From NCBI GenBank assembly GCA_028534125.1, contig CM052816.1:50904001-50968000 (forward strand): DNA of 64,000 bases, in the 5' to 3' direction. Source of the stretch: Lama glama. Its lineage: Eukaryota. Below, in pieces: positions 11,327 through 24,105 of the stretch (position 1 is the first letter of the stretch; each line of letters starts with the position of its first letter). Both the position numbers and the translations under genes were made by a program. Under the pieces are notes generated by a model. It saw only the letters and a list, made by a program, of their open reading frames with translations, had not been told where the DNA came from and made no database searches.

Positions 11327-14300
11327 TCTGTACTCTGTTATTACTCATGCTCTTTGGCAAGTTGGCAACAGCTGGCTTATCGGTACATTCGCCCTGAATT
11401 GTTCACGCACCCCAACCCTGGAGCTGCACTGCTCATCAGAGATCTATTAGAATAGGGATTATTAAAAAGCACATGGATCTTTGTTTACTCAAGTCCAAAA
11501 TACAGTACCACAGTCTGAACAGAGCAACACTCTAGGAAGAGCTGTTAGGTAAAGAACACATGTCGTTTGTATTCTATGCAAAGAGCTGCTCATCACAGAC
11601 CCACAGAACGCTAGTCCAGCAACCCATCTTAGGCTAGTCAATATCCAGCACCCATCATCCCACCCTTTATCAACTTATTTTATAAAGGAAAAAAAAAATC
11701 ACGATGAATTTTTATGGTTCCCTCTCCTCTATTCATCCAAGTTTAGAAGAAATCCAGAATCAAATCCGGGGCCCCTCAATGCATGAGTAAATTTTTTGGT
11801 TTTCCTTATTTAAATTGATATTTGATTTAATATAAATGAAAACATGGGAGTCTTACACATCTTACACAAAACTTGCTCACTAAGTGCTACCAGGTAAGTG
11901 TGAGCCAGAGGCCACATGGCAACCAAGCCATTGATTTGTCAAACAGTCAAAGCTCACTAGAATGTTGTCCCAGGTTTCTTTATCAGAAAAATAGCAATGA
12001 CAACTGGAAAGGGTTTGAATCCCAGTGTGGCTAGTTGCGCAGCCTCATAGACACGCCCTTTGGAGGATGAAGTCTGGAGGACACGAGTCACAATTCATCC
12101 TGCTTCCTCCGCCCATATTATGGCAGAGATGCCCGTGGACAAGACTTCTTTCATTCAAGTCCTATCCAGAAACCAGTAGAAATGTCTCTTCTTGGCAGGT
12201 CAGAGATGCTACTTGAAATGACAATGGCCCAAGGGAAAGTATTAAAAAGAGATTCTACTTGCTACAATAGAAATCATCAAAATTACTTATACTAGCAAAA
12301 TACTCTTTTCAGCGAAAATTTTGCCAATCAACTTTTAAAACTCCAAGAAAGAGTTTTCCAAGCCAGAGTCTGTAACACAGATATTTCTTCCTGCCACTGC
12401 TGCTTTCTGTACAGTAGCCCACTCAGAACTCTGACAGTGGCAATCAAGAGTCTTCCAGCCCTTGGGGTACCCACAGCCCTACCTGAGCTCTCCAGATTTT
12501 AGAAGAGTGTATCCTTGAGTTCATCCTCTGAACTGGCAATTATTAACAGTTCATCCACTTAGACCTTCAGCTGCAATACAGGTAACTAGAGATTCTCTCC
12601 ACAGAGCTTCCCTCTCTCTATACATCTCTGTATGAACAAAGGCTCATTCAGAAAATGGCGTTTTGTCTCCTCACTGAGGACACATTCAATAATCCCTTCT
12701 TTTCAACACTTCTGATGTCCTCAATAGTGACATCCAACAGGACAGACCACAGATCTCTTTCCTCTCTCACAAAACTGGGGGACTGGCAACCTGTCTTCCA
12801 GGAACTACCTTAGTTGTGCTATCACATGTGCAGCCACTCCATTTGTGCATCTAAATTACGCAAGTTTAGGCATCCAAACATGGAGACTGAGTTTGCAATT
12901 GAGGGCAATCTGCCTGCCGTCCCTTTGATGAAAAAATGCCCTGGAGATGTGAGAGGCAAATCTGCTTTTCCTTTAAGTGTGATTTGAGTATTTAAAAATA
13001 CATATTTTTGGAATAGCATGGCCCCAAAAAGCAAGCCAATCTCTTCATCTGGTGCTCATCTGCTTGAAAATCAGAAGGAAAACTGGCTTGATCTTGGTTT
13101 CCAACAAAGCATCTTCCTTAAATCTTTCCAAGAATTATTCTGTCTCTCTGATTTTCACTTACTTACTGCCTATGGAATTTAATCCTTTCTCTAACATGTG
13201 ACTTCACTGTAGTCCATTCTTGACTGGAGTTTAAGAAATCATTGTGGTTCATGACCTATCATGACATGCATGACCATTACTGTCATGAAGCAATAAATAG
13301 AGACAGTCAAAGTCAAATCAGGAAAGCTACCACTTCTTTTCTCAGATTCTCCTTATAAACTCCTTGGTGACTCTGGAGTCTGAGCCATACATACTAACAG
13401 AGGTTCAGAAGCATGGATTAAGAACAGTGAGTAAGTGTTTGGGGGTAACAGTCTCCTCAGTGAAAGGAGGCAAGGCCATCAAGTCAATGCAGCCCCCTAA
13501 GTAGCTAGCTTTTTAATTTTGGTAAGAATTATCGAGTCCCTGCTTTTAAAACACTCCCTCAGTGTCACTGCTGAATAACCCTCAAAAAAGGCAGGATTTA
13601 GATGGTTTTTAGATGGTTCCAAAAGACAGTAACACTATTTCCCAGCTATTCCATTGAACTTGGATACTGAAGTGATCCTGTAATTTTTTTTGTTTTTGAG
13701 ATTTGCTTCTTTTGTCCCTCTCCAAAAACCCAACAGACAGAACCTGAGAGTTCACTCAGTTCAATAGGACGTGGGCAGGATGGAGCCTGTCATGAAGCCA
13801 GAACAGCCACATGTAAGGGAGCTCTATCTGGATCCTGGTGGAGATAAATAAGATGTCAAGAGATTTAACAAGAAGAGACAGCAAACGCTGGTGTAATGAA
13901 CCTCAATGCAAACAAGGCAGAGACTCAAAAGCCGAGTCTGCTGAGATTGCATAGGCCTATGTCAGGGCAGACAAGACATCCCTCGAGAGATGAGGCTAAA
14001 ATTATTCTAGGAAAGAGCCTAAAAGGCCTGAGGGCAAAGATTCTCAAAGCAAAGAGCTCCAACTTGAGAGGAAGAGAGAGCTTTAACCAATAGAAATAAT
14101 TAAGAAGGAACTACATGATGGGAAAGAAAAAAAATATGTTAAGTTGTTTATCATTTTCCCAATATCTTCAACCCAGAAAAATGTGGTTGGTGTATCTGGC
14201 ATTCTTGCCATCTGTGTATCCCTTGGAGCATGACATGGAGGTTGGAGACAGAGAGGCAGGCGGCCTTCTATCAAACACACAGGAATGTCTTGGCCAAGTG

Positions 14301-14854
14301 GCTCAGGGAGGGTTGGGAGCAACACTGTAAGCTTCCTTTATAGTAATCTCATTTTTCAATCTTTCCTTTTGTAAGAATAATGCAGAGAATAGCATCTATT
14401 TTAACCCCAGGAATCACTGAGATAGAAGAGAAGCCAGTGCCAAAGCCAGAACTACCATTATGGACCACAGAGGCATCTCTTGTTAAATTGAAGCTCTATC
14501 ATCCAGGCCATTTTGATATGTGAAAGTGGTGTTTGCAGTGCTGAATCTTATGTAAAAGCTCAGCCTTCAGTGCAGGAGTGGGGAGAACCACAGCATCAAT
14601 AACAGAACTACAGTTATTGCCTACAAGCTATGTCTTCTTTTGTCCCTCAATACTCAATATCCTTAATACTCATTCATCAAAATACTCATATTAATTTGAC
14701 TGCTGTTTGAAGGTTCTCAAAGACTGTCACTAGAAAGCAGAAACAAATTCCCAGTTTGCAGGCAGGACTTTCCTTCAAAGTCTGTTACTGCAAGGTCAGT
14801 TCATAGAGCATATATATCCCAAGAATAAGGAGGACATTTTGCATAAAATCTCCC

Positions 14855-15175
14855 TGTATTCTCCAGAACATGATAGGCTATGCTGCAGTAACAAACTCCA
14901 AAATCTCCCTGGCTTAACAGAACAAAGATTCTTTTCTCTCTCAGGGAAAGTCTGATGTAGGGGGGCAGATTTTCCAGGGCAGGTCTTCCTTTGGTAATTC
15001 AGGGTTGGAAGTTTCTTCCACCTTTCCTTAAGCAGGGGACAAGGAATGGAGGAAGGACATTGACTTTTAACTTGTACTCACAGTCTGTTGTCTTCCGTTA
15101 GTTGCACAGCCTTAACTGCAGGGAGGAGAGGAGACTTAGAAAAGCACAGGACATATTTAGCTGGTCTTTGCCACA
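14855..15175 (-). mobile_element. MLT1 (K/L-like) MaLR solo LTR
   Basis: tgtatt...ggctatgctgcagtaacaaac...tggcttaac...ctgcaggga...ctttgccaca, with TG...CA ends. Confidence 0.7.
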
Positions 15176-15395
15176 TTCACATTCACCCCGTTACTCAACT
15201 GAAGCTGGGGGAGATTAGTTTTGATGGAGTTGTAAGGATAACGCAAGAGCTGGCTCCCTGTGCAGGTGGCACAGGTCATCTCTGTGGGATGAGATGGGAG
15301 GGGAGGAGCTAGGAAACAGTGCTGTCTCCCTTCACTTATGCCTAAAATGTCTAGGCTCTTCTATTATTTGAGTTAAACATTTAAGGCTGCTTTTA

Positions 15396-15641
15396 CTTAA
15401 CTTGTAAAACCACTTTATTCAAGTATGACTGACATATCAAAACACTGTGAATACTTCAAATATACAACCTTTCCAATGCAACTTTTCTCATTTCTGTGCC
15501 CCACCAGTGTGCTGTGATCTCTCACCTGGATTCTGAAACTCTCATAAAGGTGTTTTTGTCCAGGGATGGTTGTTAAACCAGTGTTTCTGTGAGCGGACAA
15601 GGGCTGGGATCTCCTATTCTGCCATCTTGCTGACATCACTC
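15396..15641 (-). mobile_element. Mini L1 retrocopy: L1 5' end (174 nt) joined to L1 3' tip (72 nt), flanked by TSDs
   Basis: Direct repeat aaggctgctttta at 15383-15395 and 15642-15654. Minus strand starts GAGTGATGTCAGCAAGATGGCAGAATAGGAG (L1 5' end with YY1 motif) and ends ...ATGTCAGTCATACTTGAATAAAGTGGTTTT (L1MB-like 3' tip with AATAAA). Confidence 0.8.
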
Positions 15642-16024
15642 AAGGCTGCTTTTAAAATACAAATATTATCTAAGAGGAACACATTTTGAGCTAGACTATG
15701 TACCAAATGAGGACTCTAAAAGGGACAAATGAGAAATAAAATTCCTCCCCAAGTGAAGGGCCACAGGCTCACCTTCTGAGATCAAGGTTTGTGTTATGGT
15801 CACCAGCCTTGATCACCCAAGGGCAGATAGCTACCCTCAGTAAGAAGAGGAAGAACCATTTGCAGATGAATAGTGGCTCTTCTCCACATCCCCACTCATT
15901 TGACCTCAAGCCATCAACAACTTATGTGGACCTGATTCATGAGTTGATTTTATCAAGACATTCCGCTAGCCTCTGAAAAAGTAATCAAAATGAAGTAGTA
16001 AGTTAGACTGGGAAACACCATGCC

Positions 16025-16240
16025 ATGGTAGTAAGCTACATGAGCTGTCAGTCAAATAGACCTTGGCTTGTACCATTAATCCCACTTGTTACTAGTGATG
16101 TGAGTTGGGTGATTTGCTTTATATAAATGAGCCTCATATGTAAAACGAGAATAATATCCTCTAATATTGCTTGGAGGTTGCAGCAGGAGAAAATCACGTC
16201 AAGCTTCTGGCTCAGAAAAGGTACTCAATGGATGTCAATT
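16025..16240 (+). mobile_element. MIR SINE
   Basis: agtcaaatagacctt...actagtgatgtgagttggg...atgtaaaacgagaataata...ctggctcagaaaaggtactcaat. Confidence 0.65.
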
Positions 16241-17217
16241 CCCTTCCAGATTACTCTTGGACAGAAGAAGACAGGGAAAAGTTTAACCTTCATAGACCAG
16301 CATGAGACTTGAAGTGGAGGAATATTGGGCCACATAGGGTGATCAGAAAATTGGTCACAAGGGGAAGGGACTGCAGGAAAAGAGGAAGCAGAGGAAAGGA
16401 ACTCAGGACAAATTTGGGGCAGATCAGTCTACACTTCAGCCTGATTCTCATCCTCATTAATCATGCATGTCATGACAACTGGTTGAAATGATGATAAATT
16501 CACCTTCAGAATGACTGTGAAGTTCACTCAAACATTTACAGAGGCTTTTGGCTCTCTATTTGTATACCTCTGACCTTTAATATCCCACATAGTGTGATGA
16601 CTTTGGGATACACCTCTTAATGTCAACCAATAAGAAAATGAGGAGGGCATTTTGATCATCAAAATAAGACTGGCTCAGGAGAAAAGAATTTACTTCCCAG
16701 ACTTCAAGATCCCATTTTTCTTACAGCATCTTAAATTATGCAAATATAGGGAAATACTGAACTAAACAGTATATTGGCTTAGTTTTCAAATCAAAATTTT
16801 ATAAAGTATTCCAAGAAATATTTCCAGAGCCTCTTAAACATATTTTAAAATATCCTGTTCTATGATACTACTTTTGCTAAATATTATATAAATCAGAATT
16901 GTTGAAGGAAATCCTATTTTTGAAGTAAACCCTTGTTATACAATAATACATTTGCTCTAGAAAAATCATTTAGCCAAAACAGCTGCTCACAATGTAATTA
17001 CAAAATTAATAAAATATTTACTAGGCTTCACATTACCTATATTGAGGCACACTGGATGCTACCTACAATTAAATTATGATAGCATTGTGTTCTGGAGGTG
17101 GAAGTTTTTTAATTGATTAGTTTAAAATTAATCTATGATTGCCTTTCTTACAAGAACCTGCCTTGTTGCAGAATTATACAGGAATCTGTGGAAGGCAAAT
17201 AAAAAGAACCATTCCCT

Positions 17218-17442
17218 AAAACAGTATGGAGGTTTCTCAAACTAAAAATAGATTTATCATATGACCCAGCAATTCCACTCATGGGTGAAGTATCTGAAAA
17301 AAATAAGAACATTTATTTGGAAAGATACACACACCCTAATGTTCATAGCAGCATTATTTATAATTGTAAAGACATGGAAACAACCGAAGTGTCCATTAAT
17401 AGATGACTGGATAAAGAAGATGTGATATATATACGTATATAT

Positions 17443-17495
<53 letters not shown>

Positions 17496-17877
17496 GGAAT
17501 ACTACTCAGCCATAAAAAATGAAAATTTGCCATTTGCAGTAATGCGTATAGACTTGGAGGGCTTTATACTAAGTTAAATAAGTCAGACAGAGAAAGATAA
17601 ATACTATATGATATTGCTTATGTGTGACATCTAAAAAATACAGCAAACTAGTGAATATAACATAAAAGAAGCAAACTCACAGATATAGAGAACAAATTAC
17701 TGGTTACCAGTGGGGAGTGGGGCGGGGCAAAAAGGAGTAGGGGAGTAGGTGGTACAAACTTTGTGTGTAAGATAGGCTCATGGATGTATTGTACAACACG
17801 AGGAATATAGACAATATTTTGTAACAACTGTAAATGCAAAGTAACTTCTAAAAATTATATAAAAATAAACAGTTTTT
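17218..17877 (+). mobile_element. 5'-truncated L1 (ORF2 C-terminus plus 3' UTR)
   Basis: aaaacagtatggagg...atatgacccagcaattccactc...atgttcatagcagcattattt...aatggaatactactcagccataaaa, G-rich 3' UTR tract. Degenerate TSD aaaaagaaNNNNtccctaaaa at 17201-17221 and 17878-17898. Confidence 0.93.
17445..17492. repeat. (AC)n microsatellite inside L1
   Basis: Perfect AC run seen directly. Confidence 0.95.
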
Positions 17878-18109
17878 AAAAAGAATACCTCCCTAAAATG
17901 CAGGTTAAAAGTACCTACAAATTAGACACACCACTAAAAAAAATATTTGCTGTAGTGAATAGTTTTGCATATGCCTCTCACTAGACACAGTGTCGTAGAA
18001 TAATGTAAGTCTTTCAAGTACTGCTTAAAGGTCAGGGTGGAATCTTTTGAGATGCTTGCTGAAAACCAAGATAAAAGCAAAACCACCTGCTTTCTCCATT
18101 AACAGTGAA

Positions 18110-18253
18110 TTCATGGATCAGATTTAATAATTTGGCTCCATCATTAACAAGCTATGTGACACTGGAACAATTACTTAGCTTCTTTGGTTCTCATATTTGT
18201 TATCAATAAAACAAAAACAGTTAAGTCCTTCACAGGATTGTTGTAAAATGAAG
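18110..18253 (+). mobile_element. MIR SINE fragment
   Basis: ggctccatcattaacaagctatgtgacactggaacaattactta...cttcacaggattgttgt. Confidence 0.7.
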
Positions 18254-18256
18254 CAT

Positions 18257-18392
18257 AGTTGTCCCTTGCTATATACAGGAGGTTGGTTCCAGGACCCCCA
18301 CAGCTACCAAAATCCAAGGATGCTCAAGTCCCTTATATAAAATGGCACAGTACTCATGGCCCTCTAGTACTGTGGGTTCTGCCCTTTGGGAT
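18257..18392 (+). mobile_element. MER2-type (TcMar-Tigger) MITE fragment
   Basis: gttgtcccttgcta...ggttccaggaccccc...taccaaaatccaaggatgctcaagtcccttatataaaatgg, homologous to the full copy at 58139. Confidence 0.85.
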
Positions 18393-21300
18393 TAAGGTTA
18401 CCCAAATCAGGACCCTGTTAAAATCCTAAGAGTTAGTAATAGGAACATCCCCCACTTACTAGTCTTTGAAGGAGAGTGCAACGTTCATTATTCAGTAAGC
18501 TTTGCTGGTTTCTCTTGGGTGCCCCATGTAAAGGCACCAGACCTACATGCAGTCAGTCTCAGATTGTGACTGTCCACAATTGAAGCTTTTGACCTAAACA
18601 TCAGGATGATCGTCTTTAATTCTGTGCCATCTAAGGAGCAGCAAGTTAAAACTACTTGTGATTTGTTTTGGCATTGGGTCCTCGTAATAGTACGGCAGTT
18701 ATTTTTTGAGAAACAATACCAGACACATTGCAAGGTAAAATATAAACATATATAGTCTTATTTCATTCTCATATTTATAAGTGTATAAATGTTCTCTTGT
18801 TGTAGATATGTACTTTCTTGCTGATGAAATATAAATGGGAAGTGCACAATTGAGAAACTCATTTATATATGCTATGTTCTTGCCTGTTAACCACACAAAG
18901 AAAATAGGGATCTAGGATCCCCTCATTAATTAATGAGTTAATATAATTGGTAAGTTCACAGAGTAAAGCTTGACTCAAATAATTCTGGAGTTTCAGATTA
19001 AGCACCTTACTGTTCATTTACAAGTAAAAATGCTTGCTTGACTGAGCTTAAGAACTAGGCCTGTTCATTCTGAGACATGTGAGCTTAATGCAGAGTGCTG
19101 TGTTTTACTCACCTCCAAAGTTCATTTATTGGCAAGAGAGATGCTCTAGAAACTGCTGTCTGGTTCTACCTTATACAAACAAGAGTAGTAGTATATAGTT
19201 TAGTGTTAATAAAATTTGGAGAAACTGCACCAGGCAGAAGAAAGTTGTATTCTTCCCCAGCAGTGACACAGGACAGGCTGAAGGGCTCCTCACCATGTCA
19301 CCTTCCTCTTGTCCCCCACTTGGCATCTCATGTTCATCCAGGGGGTCTCCCCAACTTCTCAGTACCCCAAGGACTGGCAGGATATGGAGAACCAAGGAAG
19401 GAGATTTGGTCTGTAGGAGTTAAGAACTCACATGTTTTCTAAGAAATGTTATGGAATATAACATTCCTTCATTTCAAAAAGCACATATATTCCTATCTCT
19501 TGGGTCACATTGGTTCAATGTGATAAATTTCTCTACTGGCACCCTACCATCCTATGATTCATTTTATATAGAAAGCGCTAATTGCTGTTATTTCAATGCT
19601 GCTGGCCCGTATGTTTTGCCAAGGGGTATAGGCCTGGACATTTGTGGTTCAACTTGGTCTTCTGTTTATTTCCACTGTTGGCACTGTTCAAGGGGCTATA
19701 CTAGCATTCCAATTTAGAGGACAGCAAATTAAGTTATCTTCATTGTTAATGACAACTGCTGGGCCTTGTTTCACATACATCGGAATAAGAGGAGTGTGAT
19801 TCTTTCCCAGTTTTCCTCCAGAAAGTGGATACTATAACTGAGAGCCCAGTTAATAGGCACTGTTGGTGTGGAAAGCAGGGTTTTGTGCTGGGTCAGCTTA
19901 TGGTCAACCTTCTGTTCAGCACAGACCCCAGTCTGGGGGCTAGACAGCTCTTGTATCCCCAGACTAGCCATGGATGGAATGCTAAGTTTTCAAGGCATAG
20001 CCTTCCTGAAAGATATTAAAAGAAACTAAATTTAGCTAGAAATTGATCTCAGAATAGCTAGAAACTGACCTTCATTTATTGTCATATAGTACCCTCAAGA
20101 CCGTCCCATAGGTAAGTAAAGCCCCTCATAGATAAGTGAACCCAAGAGTATTTTCATTACCTGTTTTTGACACAGAATCCCTTAAAAAGAATGCTTGAGG
20201 GCTTTCTGCCAGAAGAAAGAGGTTCTTCCCAAGGATAGTGACAAATTTCAGTGAATTACATGGATTGGAGAGGCCAGTGTCCGTAATGAAAAATGCCCTG
20301 CTGTCACTCCACAAGAACTGAGAGAACTTGGAGTTACCCTGCAGAGGGGCAGTACACACTCAAGAGATTTGGGAGGGAGGGACGACAGAAAGACCTGTAT
20401 CATAGGATTATTTGGAAGATTTGATAAACTAACACATGAAGTTGCTTAAAACACTGCATGGAAGAATACGCAGTAAGAGCTAGCTATTATTACTACTATG
20501 ATTTTATAAGGATCAATATAATCAAGGAGGAAATTGAGGCATTAAGAAGGCAAACAACTGGAATTTTAGCTCTTAGATTCTGTCTCCATGATGAACTTGA
20601 GAACTAAGACCCTCAGCTCTGAATCCCCATGCTGAGCCCATCCCCTGTGTCTTGAAGTAGCTACTCAGATGACAGAGAGTAGATCCACACCTGCCCTCAG
20701 CTCTTCCACTTTTGTTGATTAACATACAACCGTGGGTCCTTGGTCTTTTAGGATTTATGGATTTTTCTTCCTGAAATCCAATTGACAGGTTATAAAAGTA
20801 AAAGTCAAAGTGATTGATAAATTAGAGACCTGTTGCTATTACTAAGGTCTTGAGCCTTGTGTTTGAAGATTTGAAATCATACTGCAGGTTGAAAATTAAT
20901 TAGAAAATAAGATTTATGTAAAGTATATAGGAAAAGAGCAATAGCTCTAGAAATCTTCTCTATAAAAATTCAGTTAAAAGAGTTCAAAGGGAAAGTCTGT
21001 GAAGCATTTGAATTGTGCCTTTTTTTTTTCCAATAAAGATAGTAGTAGAGTCCCAGAGCAAGATTTGGTTTCTAGAAGTCCCTAACTAATCAGGGTCCAC
21101 AAAACCGGAATAGCCCTGGTTTACTGAGCAATGATTGTGATTTTTCCCAAAATTTGAACAAACAGTCCCACTCTGACACAATGTGGAAGTCTGTAGGTCT
21201 CCGGCTTCCTTTGGAGAATCATGAGGAAATGTCAACAAATAAGGCAAAGGCTGCCTTTGGCAGAATATTAACGTTCCATTTACATCACAAAAGCCCACGA

Positions 21301-23489
21301 CCTAATCCCAATCCAACAAGCAAACTACTCTCAACCCCAGGAAAGCTAGAAAACAAAAAGCATTTGAAAAAGCCAGCATATAAGCAGCATTTCCTGGAAA
21401 AGCAACAAAGATTAAACGCTCTCAATCCATTGAAAACCAGCCTGTTCCCAGATTTTATCTCCTTGGCTACATTTTTAGAATGGCCCTGTATGTATCTATC
21501 TCCAGGCTGGGGATTTGCTTTAACCTTCCGTAGACTTGGGCTTGATTACAAAGAGAAAGATAAATTGGGATTTTTTTTTAAATGAGAATATTTTTCTTTT
21601 TCCTTCTGGAGTATGGTCTATGGGGCCTTGGGATACTCATCTTTTCAGTTCAAGGAAAGTGAACTTGGTTCATTTAAAAAAAAAAAAAAAGGTACTGGCA
21701 CTCAAATTGGCCACAGCATGGAAATTACAGAGCCTAAAGACCATCTTTGGATTTCTAGGCAGGACACGAACCCACTGGTGATTTACACACAAATAAGGCA
21801 AAGGGATGCTAATCTTGAAACTCTATGCTGATACCAGTAGTTGTTCAGTTACTTGCTCCAGTGCATTGCCAATGTGGTGTAAGTAGAAACTGTGTCCCAC
21901 GATGTCAAAAGCATCAGTGGCACCAAGTTAAAATCAAGTCTCATCCAAGTAGCAGCTTACTCCCTTTTTACTACTTATGTACTTATTTATGTATGGTTCA
22001 TTTCCTTCCACAGGCCAAAGTGCCAAAATCAATTTTCCCAGCTCATCTCCATCAGATCACAAGCTTGCCTTTGTCTCCTTTCTGGCTCCACTGAGCTCAG
22101 TCAGAGAAATTGATTCTCAGATTACTCCAATGATAAAATCTTTTTGCTGCTAGTAATTCTGGTGAAGTCTCACATTTGCTTTCAGTGTTTTTGCATGTGT
22201 CGTTTTGAGTAACCCATTCCTGTGTTTCTTTCCTGGACAGAACATCTATTTTTCTCAGCTTTCATCTCTTTTTCAAGCCTCCCCCCACCATTTTTATCTT
22301 TATATCTGTGATTGTACTTATGTTATATATTCTAAACAAGGGGAATGTAAGAAGGAAGTTTGGTTACTCAGTGAGGAAATAGTTTAGAAGCCGAACAGGG
22401 ATCAGTGAGGCAACCCAGAGATTAGCAACACAGAAAGTACCTCCCCACATACACAACCCTGCATGGATCCGGAAGCCAGTAAACCTGGTTTCCCTCTCCC
22501 ACCTTCTAAACTCCCATCAACCTGTCCTTTGCTGAACTCAGCTGGAAGCTGGAAAATACAACCTAGGTGAGTTAGCCATCCCAACACAGAGTAGGACAAG
22601 GAATGAATGTGACAGCAGAGATGCCAATGACAGTCACAGTCCCTAAGCCACCACCTACGCAGTTCATATAAAGAACAATGCCTCAAATCCCTGCTCACAA
22701 CTTGTTCACTGAGAACGTTTAATGACAGTCATAGATGGACCTTGGAGTTAGACGAGGCCCCTTCCAACTCTAACATCCTGTGGTTATTCATCTCCAAAAC
22801 ATAAGAAGTAGCCCTTCCTGCTCCCATTGGCATTACTCACTTGGCACATTGACGGCCCTGTGCTAATTAAATATTCCTTCAAAAATATTTTGAGAATCTG
22901 CCAACCACTATGCCAGTTACTCTGGGAAATAGATAAGAGGGCACAGCCCTTAAGATGCCCTTGTGGGGATTAGATAGTACAAATAAATGACCAGAGTAGA
23001 ATAGTGGCTCACAGGGTATCAAAAGGCAGATAAAAGACAAATGAGCAGGGAGTAAACCTGAAAGAGCAGTTTTGGGAGAAGAAGGGCTCATGCGGTTGTG
23101 GAGAAAACCTAGAACTTGGTTTGGTTGAGAGCAGCAGCTCAGGAAGGACTGTGGCGACAGATGATACTGACTGACATACATTTTAGAATATTTTTTCCCA
23201 CAGAAACCCATTCCATCTGTTTTTATTATCTCATTTCCCTCTTCTTTAGAATTCAACATGCTTCCAGATATTAACAACTCCACAATACCTCGGGTTGGGC
23301 TAGGCTCCTGGCTGGTGCGAAGTAGCTGACGATACAAGGATGATTTCAGTTCAAGTTTTCCAGAAGAGCATGGCTGGATTAACATCCCATGGGTTTTGTG
23401 GCCCTTCTTTTTTCACACATTTACTTTATCCCTGCCATTCAACATGTAGTCAGTCAAGAATATTTACTGACTAGACTAAATCAAGGTGG

Positions 23490-24105
23490 AAACTGCCAAT
23501 CCAATGGACACGATTCGGTGTGTAGTCTATCTGATAGTTCCACTGCATCTGACACTGTTGAACTTTCTTCTCTAAAGGCATTTCCTCTTGGCTTCCTTGA
23601 CACCATGTCCCCAGGGTTTCTGGCCCACTCTCTAGTGTTCATTCTCAGCCTCCTTCAAGCACTCTTCTCCTTCTACCTGTATTTTAAATGCTGTCCCACA
23701 GATTTGGTCTCAGGATTCCTCTCTTCTTATGTTATTTCATTTTCAAGTGACCTCATTCCCCACCCATGACTTCAGCTACCTCTGTACACACCTATAATCC
23801 CTCAAATTCACAGCTTGAGTCCTAACTTCTCTCCTGAGATCCTGACCCAAATATGCAACTGGTTGTTGGGTGTCTTTCACCAAAGGTAAATGAATGTACC
23901 ACTAAGCCCTGTGGATTGTACATTCTCAACACTTCTCTAACCCACCCTTCCTTTTACTCCCACTGTCATCAGATCAATGACTTATCATTTCTTGTCTGGA
24001 TTTCCTGCTGTTGTTTCCCTTCCTCCAACCTCACCCTTCACTCATCTCATGACTGCTTGATCTTCCTGAAATACAAAGCTGATCACTTTATTCCTCTGCC
24101 AAACT
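23490..24105 (+). mobile_element. L2 LINE fragment
   Basis: aatccaatggacac...ctgcatctgacactgttga...cttggcttccttgacacc...ccatgacttcagctacc...aaatacaaagctgatcac. Confidence 0.8.

Noticed and set aside
13597..13618. Short direct duplications (also ~8102, 11610, 14649, 27201, 32969, 40048, 60003)
   Set aside because: These 8-17 bp slippage duplications are ordinary in mammalian DNA and share no motif.
19106..19185. Strong minus-strand donor GAG|GTGAGT (similar ones near 5245 and 22836)
   Set aside because: No convincing paired acceptor or open frame; isolated donor-like motifs are common.
20337..20356. CTCF-like ccctgcagaggggcagtac
   Set aside because: An extra G breaks the core spacing of the motif.
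21154..21585. 143-aa plus-strand ORF
   Set aside because: Non-ATG start, no recognisable family and no exon signals.
22879..23385. Longest ORF in the track (168 aa, minus strand)
   Set aside because: No recognisable domain or convincing splice boundaries; compatible with chance.
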